The notes below the pieces were generated by a model. It searched no databases. It was not told the origin of the DNA and saw only the letters and a list, made by a program, of their open reading frames with translations. DNA of 64,000 nucleotides from Escherichia phage dune, in sequence record MN850636.1, one strand, 5' to 3'. The stretch's first letter is position 1. Every line of letters begins with the position of its first letter. Below are positions 7,938 to 16,502 of the stretch, in pieces. The translations under genes and the position numbers were made by a program.

Positions 7938-8723
7938 TTAGTTCTTTGCGTCTAAGAAGGTAACTTCTGGTGAAGAGAAAACTGTCTTGATATCCTCATC
8001 AGTTCTTGCATAGATATAAGTATCTGCATCACTGCCAAATGTTACTGCAATCCTGTGATTGCTCTTCGACAGGTGGGTAACTAGAGCGTTACTTAGAGAC
8101 ATCTTTTCAACCGGAGGGTTACTTTGATGTATCTTACCTTTTCTTCGTCTGAAGAGGGTAACTGCGTTATCCGTGAACACAACTACACCTGCAAAGTATT
8201 CTGGTTCACAGTAGTTTTTCCAACCTGAGAGTAACTTGTGGTACATCTCTCCTTCATAGACATACAGATAGACATCTACACTCTTCATCACCTGATTGAT
8301 GATAACTATGACAGCTTGAGGGTCCAGCCCACCAATACCTGCACCAATCATAGGTAGACCAACTTTCTTCAACTGATTCACTTCACAGTATCTGTTAAGC
8401 TGTTTCAAAGATGACTCTAAAGCACTGTATCGTGCATCTTTACCAGTCTTAAGCTGAGTGTAAAGGTTAGCTATACGACCTTGTTTTAAACGTGCTACAG
8501 AGAAATTACCCAGTAAATTTTCACAGGGTTTGTGGCCTATACCACCTGCATATAGATAAACTTCTGTATCGGTCTCATATGCTTTTGGGTAAAGTTTAGA
8601 AATCTTGTCAGCGATACCTGCACCCATTAAATTCATACAGTTGCAACCGTGACCAATGATGTCAAACTTACCTTTATCAAATGCGGCAAAGATATCGCCA
8701 TTGATGATTTTTACAATACCCAT
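7938..8723 (-). CDS. Macro-domain protein (ADP-ribose binding or hydrolase fold) with about 100 aa C-terminal extension
   Basis: 261 aa; IVKIINGDIFAA, DIIGHGCNCMNLMGAGIADKI and VGLPMIGAGIGGLD resemble macro-domain signature blocks; GGGAGAG RBS. Confidence 0.65.
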   Translation of the reverse strand: MGIVKIINGDIFAAFDKGKFDIIGHGCNCMNLMGAGIADKISKLYPKAYETDTEVYLYAGGIGHKPCENLLGNFSVARLKQGRIANLYTQLKTGKDARYSALESSLKQLNRYCEVNQLKKVGLPMIGAGIGGLDPQAVIVIINQVMKSVDVYLYVYEGEMYHKLLSGWKNYCEPEYFAGVVVFTDNAVTLFRRRKGKIHQSNPPVEKMSLSNALVTHLSKSNHRIAVTFGSDADTYIYARTDEDIKTVFSSPEVTFLDAKN

Positions 8724-8924
8724 TTAACATCTCTCCCAAGATTCTTTATCTTCTGAAGGTTTTACACGTTGCCCTTCGTGGTCTACCCAGATACACCCAC
8801 AGCCTTCACAGATTACTGGCATTGCATAACCAGCTTTAAAGTCATCTTCAGTGATAAGACCTTTTAAGTCACCTGTATCACGTCCGAACATTTCGATAGA
8901 ACAATCTTTACAGAAGTCAGCCAT
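8724..8924 (-). CDS. Small zinc-ribbon protein (CxxC..CxGC)
   Basis: Start taken at internal Met (MADFCKDC) to avoid overlap. Confidence 0.4.
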   Translation of the reverse strand: MADFCKDCSIEMFGRDTGDLKGLITEDDFKAGYAMPVICEGCGCIWVDHEGQRVKPSEDKESWERC

Positions 8925-9144
8925 GAATAATTGCCTCTTGAATGATGATACCTTTACCACAACGACTTTTAAAGTCTTCCAATGGTTCAGAGATGAAGCC
9001 ACGTAAGCAGTCAGTGAATACTAAGTTCTTCCTGTAAGCTATCACATCATTTGCTGTAAATGGGATGACCTCATTTCGTCCAATGAACACTGCTGACCTG
9101 ATAAGCTTTCGTGTCTTTTTATCTCTGGCTAGTATTACTTTCAT
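8917..9144 (-). CDS. Hypothetical protein
   Basis: 75 aa ORF. Confidence 0.4.
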   Translation of the reverse strand: MKVILARDKKTRKLIRSAVFIGRNEVIPFTANDVIAYRKNLVFTDCLRGFISEPLEDFKSRCGKGIIIQEAIIHG

Positions 9145-9484
9145 AGTTTACCTTCTCAGTTAGTTCATATAAATCAACATGCTCAATACTATCAATGTTG
9201 ATACCAATCTTTTTGAAGCGTTCTATCACTTCGTTGTCAGTCATCCATATCAGACACCAATGATTGTGGATGGATTCTTCAAGAAGGTCAACACAATCTT
9301 TAAAAGTTTTTGTATCACTTCTTGTTCCGACCACTGCGATTGTTCCATATAGCCACTTACCATTGCCATAAGATACTTGTGCTACACCAACTTCTTTATC
9401 GTTCTCGTAGTAAACGGCTACAAAGTCTCTTCCATTAATCTGCATTTGTAAGTTCCTCTGTTGGTAATTCACCATTTTCAGCAA
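9119..9484 (-). CDS. Hypothetical protein (start uncertain)
   Basis: 121 aa ORF; overlaps upstream ORF. Confidence 0.4.
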   Translation of the reverse strand: MLKMVNYQQRNLQMQINGRDFVAVYYENDKEVGVAQVSYGNGKWLYGTIAVVGTRSDTKTFKDCVDLLEESIHNHWCLIWMTDNEVIERFKKIGINIDSIEHVDLYELTEKVNYESNTSQR

Positions 9485-9749
9485 AGTATTGGAGGTACGG
9501 CAACAACTCTTTTACCTGTTCTTGATTGAGCTTCATTCTTTGATTGCCTACAAAATCTTTACCAACTAATGCTGGGATATCAAGTGTTTTCCAGCCACCA
9601 TCTAGGTACTGAACAGAGACCTCTTTAGCACCTAACCAGATACATGGTTCGTATGATGAACTCTCTTGTAAAGTACAAATTTCCCCTTTAGCATCTTTAA
9701 ATTCTGCATAAGAAAATCCACGATTTGTTGGCTGGAATTGCATAATCAT
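9435..9749 (-). CDS. Hypothetical protein
   Basis: 104 aa ORF. Confidence 0.4.
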   Translation of the reverse strand: MIMQFQPTNRGFSYAEFKDAKGEICTLQESSSYEPCIWLGAKEVSVQYLDGGWKTLDIPALVGKDFVGNQRMKLNQEQVKELLPYLQYFAENGELPTEELTNAD

Positions 9750-10015
9750 TTCCTCGTTTTAAGAACTGCTAAGATTTCTTTAGAGTCTGGTAAGAACCAT
9801 GTGTAGTGATTTTCTTTGATTTCTGGATGAGTGTCAACCTTTATTTTGCACTCTTTGCCAACATGCTTAAGTTGTGCTTTGACACCTTGCATAAAGATAT
9901 GGCACATCACATTATCCATGATGGTTGGTGAGAAATCAATTCGCATATAAGTTTCTTTTGGTCGTGGTAACAGTAAGTAACCTTCTACATAGAAAGTATC
10001 TTGATTCTCTGTCAT
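9746..10015 (-). CDS. Hypothetical protein
   Basis: 89 aa ORF, ATGA-type overlap with neighbour. Confidence 0.4.
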   Translation of the reverse strand: MTENQDTFYVEGYLLLPRPKETYMRIDFSPTIMDNVMCHIFMQGVKAQLKHVGKECKIKVDTHPEIKENHYTWFLPDSKEILAVLKTRK

Positions 10016-10281
10016 TGCTGCTTATTCCCTAATAAAATCATGTCAATAAGGTTATTAGCTTTGATTGTACACTGGTAAAAGCCGTCACGATAGAACTCAA
10101 GGGCTGCTGCTACATCACTGCCTGTGTTACCTTTGATGATATACCGTGATTCTTCTTGAGTGTACTTATCACTCTCACTTACTTGGGAGTTTTTGAATGT
10201 ACTGCTCACTTTGTTCGTTGAACACCCTGACATAGTTATCAGTAACACAAACATTATAAAACTCTGGCTTAGTTTTTTCAT
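10012..10281 (-). CDS. Putative outer-membrane lipoprotein; candidate o-spanin (Rz1-like)
   Basis: Signal peptide plus lipobox-like MSGC; start lies inside the 3' end of the upstream type II membrane protein gene. Confidence 0.4.
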   Translation of the reverse strand: MKKLSQSFIMFVLLITMSGCSTNKVSSTFKNSQVSESDKYTQEESRYIIKGNTGSDVAAALEFYRDGFYQCTIKANNLIDMILLGNKQQ

Positions 10282-10522
10282 ATGTTAGTACCTCTTTTGT
10301 ATGCTTATTCTTAGCAAGCACATCTTTCAAATCATTTTTGTAATTGGTGCTGAGTGTGGCTAATCCTTCCTGATAAGCATCTTTAGCAACACTTATGAGC
10401 TTTTGATTATTTAGCTCAGTTTCAGCAACTTGATAGTCTCTGTAAGAGTATCCCCCCCAGACACCTGCCCCAACTAAGAAAACAATTATGAAAGTGGCTT
10501 GACAGAACTCTTTAAATGTCAT
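10175..10522 (-). CDS. N-terminal TM protein with coiled-coil region; candidate i-spanin (Rz-like)
   Basis: 115 aa; hydrophobic N-terminus FIIVFLVGAGVWGG; overlaps the lipoprotein gene out of frame. Confidence 0.4.
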   Translation of the reverse strand: MTFKEFCQATFIIVFLVGAGVWGGYSYRDYQVAETELNNQKLISVAKDAYQEGLATLSTNYKNDLKDVLAKNKHTKEVLTYEKTKPEFYNVCVTDNYVRVFNEQSEQYIQKLPSK

Positions 10523-10540
10523 TTAACAATCTCCTAAAAT

Positions 10541-10563
10541 GAAAAAGGCTCCCGAAGGAGCCT
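10541..10563 (-). terminator. Rho-independent terminator (AGGCTCC-TTCG-GGAGCCT plus T-run)
   Basis: Perfect hairpin followed by TTTTT on minus strand. Confidence 0.55.
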
Positions 10564-10574
10564 GTATCTTAACC

Positions 10575-11039
10575 TTAACCGAGGACTTTAGCAAGGATAT
10601 TCGCAGCCATCGAAGAAGCTTTTGCAGCAGCAACTACGCCAGCTTTGACAGTGCTATCCTTAATAGCAGATACCGTTGCAGCATCAGTAAAGAGATAAGT
10701 GATTGTTTTAGAACCACTTGTAAAGGAAAGCATAAGAGTAGTTTCCAGATTGAAAGAGCGATACGGAGCACCTTCTTTAACGATACCTTCAGCACCTAAC
10801 TCTGAAGCCTTGCCCATATCATAGATAGTCATCAGGTTTTCTTTGTGTGCAGTAGTTGAACCAGCACCTTTTACGTGTTTTTTAACATTCAATAATGCAC
10901 GATATTCACGAATGCTGCCATCAGCTTTTACATTAACAGCACGAAAAATTTTACCTTCAAAGTTACCTTGAATCATTTTACGAACTATTGCAGATTTGTT
11001 TACCGTATCGTCCAGTGCTACCGTAATGATATTGTTCAT
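10575..11039 (-). CDS. Hypothetical protein
   Basis: 154 aa ORF. Confidence 0.45.
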   Translation of the reverse strand: MNNIITVALDDTVNKSAIVRKMIQGNFEGKIFRAVNVKADGSIREYRALLNVKKHVKGAGSTTAHKENLMTIYDMGKASELGAEGIVKEGAPYRSFNLETTLMLSFTSGSKTITYLFTDAATVSAIKDSTVKAGVVAAAKASSMAANILAKVLG

Positions 11040-11049
11040 AAGTTTTCTC

Positions 11050-11745
11050 TCAATGTTTAACTAACATGGTTTTAATGTGTGGAAGGATTCTGTTCACCTT
11101 CTGCACATTCTTCTCTGTGTCTTCTATAAAACATACTATATTAAAGTAAGGCAGGATGCAAGACTGAATCATCCTCACTTTCAAACTTTCTGCACTTATA
11201 GAGTTAGTTCCAAAACCACGCATAAAAAGCATGTAGTCATGCTCTATGTTGTGCCTTAAAAACATCTCAGTAGGTATTCTCTGAGATTCACCTCTCGCTG
11301 TCAAGAGTCCAATGGCAGCATGATTAGCAATTGCATCAATAATACTAAAGACATACGTTGGTTTTGCTCTTACAGAGTCAAGAAGATTAGTGTACTGTGA
11401 GAATGACCCATCAGTCAATTCCGTTGAGCAATCTTCGTGATTAAAATTTGTAAGAACACCATCAATATCTGCTAAGATGAGGTTACCTTTTTCTACAAGG
11501 TCTTTATTGACTATGACTAAGCTATCACGACTTACACCTATAGTTTGTCCAGTCTCTTTATCTACAACATTCACAATTGGTTCTGAGGTGTGGAAATCTT
11601 CAAGTGAACATACAACTTCTCTTGCAGTGTCTTCAAAATCCCTGCACTGTTCTGGAGTCCATACACAGGAATCAAGACCAAACTCATGAGGATGCAAGTC
11701 ATAAGCATGACACAGGACTTCATCAGACTTTCTTAATTTTTTCAT
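11050..11745 (-). CDS. Putative HAD-superfamily hydrolase (possible nucleotidase or phosphatase)
   Basis: 231 aa; LILADIDGVLTNF resembles HAD motif I (DxDGV). Confidence 0.35.
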   Translation of the reverse strand: MKKLRKSDEVLCHAYDLHPHEFGLDSCVWTPEQCRDFEDTAREVVCSLEDFHTSEPIVNVVDKETGQTIGVSRDSLVIVNKDLVEKGNLILADIDGVLTNFNHEDCSTELTDGSFSQYTNLLDSVRAKPTYVFSIIDAIANHAAIGLLTARGESQRIPTEMFLRHNIEHDYMLFMRGFGTNSISAESLKVRMIQSCILPYFNIVCFIEDTEKNVQKVNRILPHIKTMLVKH

Positions 11746-12271
11746 GATTTACCTTAGAAATGTTTGTTGCAAATTCACATTGAGCGATAACTTTCATATT
11801 GTTATAGACATCTTGAGAGTATTTCTTAGCTTTAGGGATTCTGTACGAATACCCAGCATTATATGATGCTAAAACTTTTTGTAAAGTCTTCTTTGACTTT
11901 GGCTGACCATGCACCTTTGTCCAAAACTCAAGCTCTTTGTGCGTTTCCTTCGCAGCATAGTCAAAGTCTTTTAAGAGTTTCTTTTTAGCCACATTAGGAC
12001 TAATTTTGTTACGCTTTACAACAGTCTTCAAGTGATTCTGGAAAATACCATAATCATGTGTCTTTTTATTCTCTACCTTCAGACCTAACTCTGACTCTTG
12101 TAAGGCTATAGCAGCTAGAGTGATACCCCAACCTTTGCCCATGTTATTCTCACCATACTGGTAAGCTTTTAACATGTTTACTTTTTGGCTAATTGATAGC
12201 TCTGGGCAGTCAACTGCATAAGATAAGTGTGCTGTAAACATTAAGCACAAACCTAGAATCAATTTCTTCAT
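11723..12271 (-). CDS. Secreted lytic transglycosylase (SLT domain)
   Basis: 182 aa; signal peptide MKKLILGLCLMFTAHLSYA; motifs QESEL, YGIFQ, SYNAG resemble the ES / GLMQ / AYNAG SLT blocks. Confidence 0.55.
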   Translation of the reverse strand: MKKLILGLCLMFTAHLSYAVDCPELSISQKVNMLKAYQYGENNMGKGWGITLAAIALQESELGLKVENKKTHDYGIFQNHLKTVVKRNKISPNVAKKKLLKDFDYAAKETHKELEFWTKVHGQPKSKKTLQKVLASYNAGYSYRIPKAKKYSQDVYNNMKVIAQCEFATNISKVNHEKIKKV

Positions 12272-12330
12272 TGGTTCTCCTGTTTAGTTTATCGTGACAA
12301 CAATTATACAGCACTCTGCACAAAATACAA

Positions 12331-12354
12331 ATAAAAAAGGCCGCCGAAGCAGCC
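12331..12354 (-). terminator. Rho-independent terminator downstream of rIIB-like gene
   Basis: GC-rich hairpin with TTCG loop followed by T-run on minus strand. Confidence 0.45.
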
Positions 12355-12371
12355 TTTTAAGAAGTTATTTA

Positions 12372-13481
12372 TTAGATTTCACGTTTACGTTGAGAGATAA
12401 GTTCTCCAGCAGTACCAACGATGACATGCAAAGCTTCAGTCTTGCCATCCCATTCTTTCAGCACTTTACGTTGATTATCAACGATTGCTGCAACTTCATA
12501 ACGAGACGAACGCATCTTCATATCGTTGTAATCAGTTGGAACAGATACAACATCTCGTGGATGGACACGAACCTTCAGGATTGTATCACCTGAGAAGCAA
12601 CGAACGTAATCCCAAGCACCAACGTGAAGACCTTGAGAGCAAGTCACGTTACGGTTATTATCAACCATCCAACGTGGCATTTCTACAATGTTACCCAAAT
12701 CATTAGGTACTCTGTAGGTGTGGGAGTCAACCAGCTTGCCTTCACGAGTAGAGACTTTCTTCCAACCAATGATGTAGCCTTCTTCATCAATTTCAACATC
12801 AAGGTGAGATACGAATCCCCAAAGTTGTTCTACAGAATCTTTAGATGGGTTTTCCATCAGTTTTTCGAAGAACATCACAAGGCGTTCAAAACCCTTATCT
12901 CCAGTCTTCATCATGTGAAGAATACGGTCAACCAGAGTAGAACGCATCTCAACAGCACCGTAGAATAACTTGTCACCTTTGATGGTGATAGCACCCTGAG
13001 TGAAGTTTTCGATAGACTTACGAATGTTCATCAGTTCGAAAGCTTTCTTATACTCACCGGATACAACAGCCATCACGATTTCTTTGTAGTTCGGATGGGT
13101 AGATTCAACGATTTCAGAATCTGCACCGAAAGTCATGATAACAGAGTCGCCAGTAATCATGTACTCAATCTGGTTGCCATTCTGCATAGCTTCATGCAGT
13201 TTATTTACCGGAGCTTTCTGTACAGGCTCTTTAACAACCTTTTCAACTGGTTTGTCAGCTTTCTTTTTAACTGATTTAGCAACTTGCTTCAAAGTCTTCG
13301 TAGCTGGTTTAGAAGCTACCTTTTTCTTACCTTTTAAGGTTGCTTCATGACGCTCTACAGCACGACCAACTGAACGGGTTGAAGTATTGAACTTCTGTGC
13401 AATAGCTGTTTTAGTCAGCTTACCTTCTTTAACCAGTTCGTAAATTTCTGCGTCAATCTGTGCTTTAGTTTTAGTAGTCAT
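12372..13481 (-). CDS. rIIB: rIIB-like protein (by position after rIIA-like gene) with Lys-rich N-terminal region
   Basis: 369 aa; immediately downstream of GHKL-ATPase rIIA-like gene; T4 rIIB is of similar size. Confidence 0.4.
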   Translation of the reverse strand: MTTKTKAQIDAEIYELVKEGKLTKTAIAQKFNTSTRSVGRAVERHEATLKGKKKVASKPATKTLKQVAKSVKKKADKPVEKVVKEPVQKAPVNKLHEAMQNGNQIEYMITGDSVIMTFGADSEIVESTHPNYKEIVMAVVSGEYKKAFELMNIRKSIENFTQGAITIKGDKLFYGAVEMRSTLVDRILHMMKTGDKGFERLVMFFEKLMENPSKDSVEQLWGFVSHLDVEIDEEGYIIGWKKVSTREGKLVDSHTYRVPNDLGNIVEMPRWMVDNNRNVTCSQGLHVGAWDYVRCFSGDTILKVRVHPRDVVSVPTDYNDMKMRSSRYEVAAIVDNQRKVLKEWDGKTEALHVIVGTAGELISQRKREI

Positions 13482-13560
13482 CTTATTACTCTCTCTTGTT
13501 AGTTAATAAATCATTTTGTAAGGCTATTCTAAGGGGCTTCGAAGCCCCTTGTCAAACACT

Positions 13561-15927
13561 TTAATCGTAAATTGTAGTTCCTTCTGGAACACACTTCACA
13601 TCAAAGCCTAAGAACTTACTTACTTCGACGGGTGACACTTTATTCCAATCTAGATGAGAAAGCAAGAAGTTTTCTTGTTTTCTTTTTGAGAAGTAGTTTG
13701 TTACCTTAATAAACATACGGTCACCAGCTTTCTTAATTTTCTTGTAAAGTTTTGTATCATTATCAAGACACCTTTTCAAATCTTGCAACACACTAATAGT
13801 GTAAGTGTATGCAAATTGTGCAGCAATGTATTGGATTTTACCGAACATTGCCTCAACAGCATCTTCATTACCTTCTAGGAAGATAGTTTTGTTTGTATCC
13901 CGTGAATAGCAATAACCATCAGAAATCTTCCTGTTATTGAACGTAAAGTTTCTGGTAATAATCCAACAGCTTGTAAGGTCTAGGACACCACGCATACAGA
14001 CGCGTGTCATATACCTGTTATGATTAATCCAATGAACATCAGTTAAGCTGTCGTTCAAGAGCTTCTCATCTACTTCAATCCAGTCTTCTGGTATCTTTTT
14101 CCAATTTGCTTTTCGGAAAACATAGACTGTCTTTCCAATGACATTGGCAACTGACTTAGCTACATCATCTGGAGATGAGCAAAAACATTCGCCATCAACT
14201 GTGTCACCTACTGCCTTAATATAAAGCTGAGGCTCTTCAATCGTGTCTAAGTCTTCTGACACCTCTGTGTATGAGGCTACACCTTCTGCTGGAACAGCTT
14301 TCCAGAGTTTTACAACACCTCTCACAGCTTCTTTACGCTGATAATGGTGTTCCTTATCAGACATCTTCACAATCTTTAACAAGCTCTTATCAAGTTTGTG
14401 CAGATTGATTAAGTCATCTAGCTCTTTCTCTGTAGAGAATACAAAGACAATACCATTATATCTGTGAAACAGGCTTGACTCGCTGGCATAGTCTCGACAT
14501 GCACCACGCAGAATCTGATTGCGTCCTACAGTCTTCTCAGTACCATTTTTATTGCGACGGTCATTTATAACAAACAAAAACTGTTCAATTTGGCTTTTAC
14601 GCATTGCACCAAAGATATTGAACATACTTGCCTCTTGAGTGTAGGAAAGCGATGTTGCACGAATCTTACTCTCTAAAGAGTTGAACTTGACATAAGCAAC
14701 TGGGTCATAAAGATAATCTACTTTAGGGATATTGTTCCCGTTCCTATCAACCTTAATATTACCTTTGCCGTCACGTTCATAAATAACTGAGCCGTCTTCT
14801 GCGTAGATAATTCCACGACGAATGTTTAGCAATTCTTCTTCCAGAGAATCAAGCTTAACGCCACCCCACTCTAGCTTTGGACACACAGCATTAAACATCT
14901 CTCGTGAGTTCAAACGTAACTCAGCATAAGCCTGTGCGGCATCCATGAGTGTAGGTTGGCTATTAACTTTCTTGATAACATCCTTTGTAATGGCTTCAGT
15001 TATCTTTTTAGTAGCCTCAATGATAACATTTTTTGTCGTGTCATTCATCTGTAATGCTTCACGAGAAGCTGCAATAGCAACTGAACCAATAGGCATGTAG
15101 ATGTTTACAAGGTCTACGCTCCTACGGAAAAATTCTGGCAAGATTTTGAAGAAATCATCACCAAGTAATGCTTCCATGTTAACAGGGTAGGCAATGTTAC
15201 CCATCACCACATTAAACTCTGTCCTGTTACCACTAGAACGCCAGCTTTGCTTATGAATCATGGCATCATAAACACCCTCTTCACGGGCAATGACGTTCAT
15301 ATCTGCTAACACGTCATCATATACAATATTACTTTCTGGTTTCACAGCAAAGTATGAGTATACGTGACCAGCCTCTTCAAAGAACTTTGAAATACGATGG
15401 TCAGCAACTGCCACACGTACAGCTAAACCATTGGGTTCATTTGTTGGGTTGGTAGTAAGCTTAGTTACTTGAGGGATACCATTCTCAAGGTAAACAGAGT
15501 ACTTATTAACAACACCATCAACATAGCTAGATACTGTGAATGACTGAGCAATTGCAAATGGGGATTTTGAGCCGATACCCATTGCACCAATGTAATCATT
15601 GGAGTCATTCTTCGTAGAAGCCCCATAGTTCAGATACAAACTCATTACTTTGTCATGGGTTAAACCAGTTCCAAAGTCACGGACTTCAAAGTAAGGCTCA
15701 AATCGAGTAGGTAAATGCACATGGAATGGGATGTTCTCTTTTCCAGCTTCTTTTTGAGCATCTACTGCGTTACATGACAGTTCACGAATCACTGCCCTTT
15801 CTTTGAATGTGTATACACCTGAACTCAAAAGGCTGAACATTTCAGGTGTCATTGTAATCTGTGCTTGAGATGTCTCCAAAGAAGTTGAACTCTTAATCAC
15901 TTCTGCGTGGTCGTTTACCATGCGCAT
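13561..15927 (-). CDS. rIIA: rIIA-like protein with N-terminal GHKL-type ATPase motifs
   Basis: 788 aa; RELSCNAVDAQ (N box), RDFGTGL (G1), GAMGIGSKS (G2). Confidence 0.55.
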   Translation of the reverse strand: MRMVNDHAEVIKSSTSLETSQAQITMTPEMFSLLSSGVYTFKERAVIRELSCNAVDAQKEAGKENIPFHVHLPTRFEPYFEVRDFGTGLTHDKVMSLYLNYGASTKNDSNDYIGAMGIGSKSPFAIAQSFTVSSYVDGVVNKYSVYLENGIPQVTKLTTNPTNEPNGLAVRVAVADHRISKFFEEAGHVYSYFAVKPESNIVYDDVLADMNVIAREEGVYDAMIHKQSWRSSGNRTEFNVVMGNIAYPVNMEALLGDDFFKILPEFFRRSVDLVNIYMPIGSVAIAASREALQMNDTTKNVIIEATKKITEAITKDVIKKVNSQPTLMDAAQAYAELRLNSREMFNAVCPKLEWGGVKLDSLEEELLNIRRGIIYAEDGSVIYERDGKGNIKVDRNGNNIPKVDYLYDPVAYVKFNSLESKIRATSLSYTQEASMFNIFGAMRKSQIEQFLFVINDRRNKNGTEKTVGRNQILRGACRDYASESSLFHRYNGIVFVFSTEKELDDLINLHKLDKSLLKIVKMSDKEHHYQRKEAVRGVVKLWKAVPAEGVASYTEVSEDLDTIEEPQLYIKAVGDTVDGECFCSSPDDVAKSVANVIGKTVYVFRKANWKKIPEDWIEVDEKLLNDSLTDVHWINHNRYMTRVCMRGVLDLTSCWIITRNFTFNNRKISDGYCYSRDTNKTIFLEGNEDAVEAMFGKIQYIAAQFAYTYTISVLQDLKRCLDNDTKLYKKIKKAGDRMFIKVTNYFSKRKQENFLLSHLDWNKVSPVEVSKFLGFDVKCVPEGTTIYD

Positions 15928-15955
15928 AATACTTTCCTCTTAGTTTACTGTTAAA

Positions 15956-16132
15956 TTACTTATTAAACATTTTACCAGAACCACCACAAATAGGGCAACA
16001 ACCTGCTCTTGTGTACCCTTCCCCGTTGCAGTAATCACACTTCTTGTGCTCTGCATAGTACTTGCAAAGAAGGTAAACAAATACTGCTACACTACCAAGT
16101 GACAGTAAAATTTCTATCCAATATGCTTGCAT
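15956..16132 (-). CDS. Small membrane-anchored zinc-ribbon protein (not in ORF track, under 60 aa)
   Basis: Hand translation MQAYWIEILLSLGSVAVFVYLLCKYYAEHKKCDYCNGEGYTRAGCCPICGGSGKMFNK; GAGAGGTGAG RBS. Confidence 0.35.
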   Translation of the reverse strand: MQAYWIEILLSLGSVAVFVYLLCKYYAEHKKCDYCNGEGYTRAGCCPICGGSGKMFNK

Positions 16133-16449
16133 GACTCACCTCTCATATTCTTGTAAAGGATAAAGCTTCTGTCATGGACGATACTTGTAGACACTGCAAA
16201 GTTACTTTCAAGCATCTGTTTGTTTGGATTGTAGAAGCTTTCTTTAAACTCGTCAAGTGCAAATTGGTGATGTTGTGGAAGACCTTTTACACAGATTTTT
16301 ATTGTGATTGCTGCTGCAATCTTGCCAGTCAGTTCTTCTTTAGCTGCTACTAAAATTTTGTTAAGGAACTTTTTACCATCTTCAGGTTTCTTAATGTTCT
16401 CCCAACGTTCTTCTAGGACAACGTTAATGTTCATTTCTTTGATTTTCAT
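16114..16449 (-). CDS. Hypothetical protein
   Basis: 111 aa ORF. Confidence 0.4.
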   Translation of the reverse strand: MKIKEMNINVVLEERWENIKKPEDGKKFLNKILVAAKEELTGKIAAAITIKICVKGLPQHHQFALDEFKESFYNPNKQMLESNFAVSTSIVHDRSFILYKNMRGESCKHIG

Positions 16450-16461
16450 AATCTTCTCCAG

Positions 16462-16488
16462 AAATTAAAAAGGCTCCCGTAGGAGCCT
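16462..16488 (-). terminator. Rho-independent terminator after NAMPT-like gene
   Basis: AGGCTCC-TACG-GGAGCCT plus TTTTT on minus strand. Confidence 0.55.
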
Positions 16489-16502
16489 CTTATCATATAC
16501 TT

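Noticed and set aside
10539-10799. 86 aa plus-strand ORF spanning the terminator hairpin
   Set aside because: Starts inside the terminator and runs antisense to the 154 aa gene.
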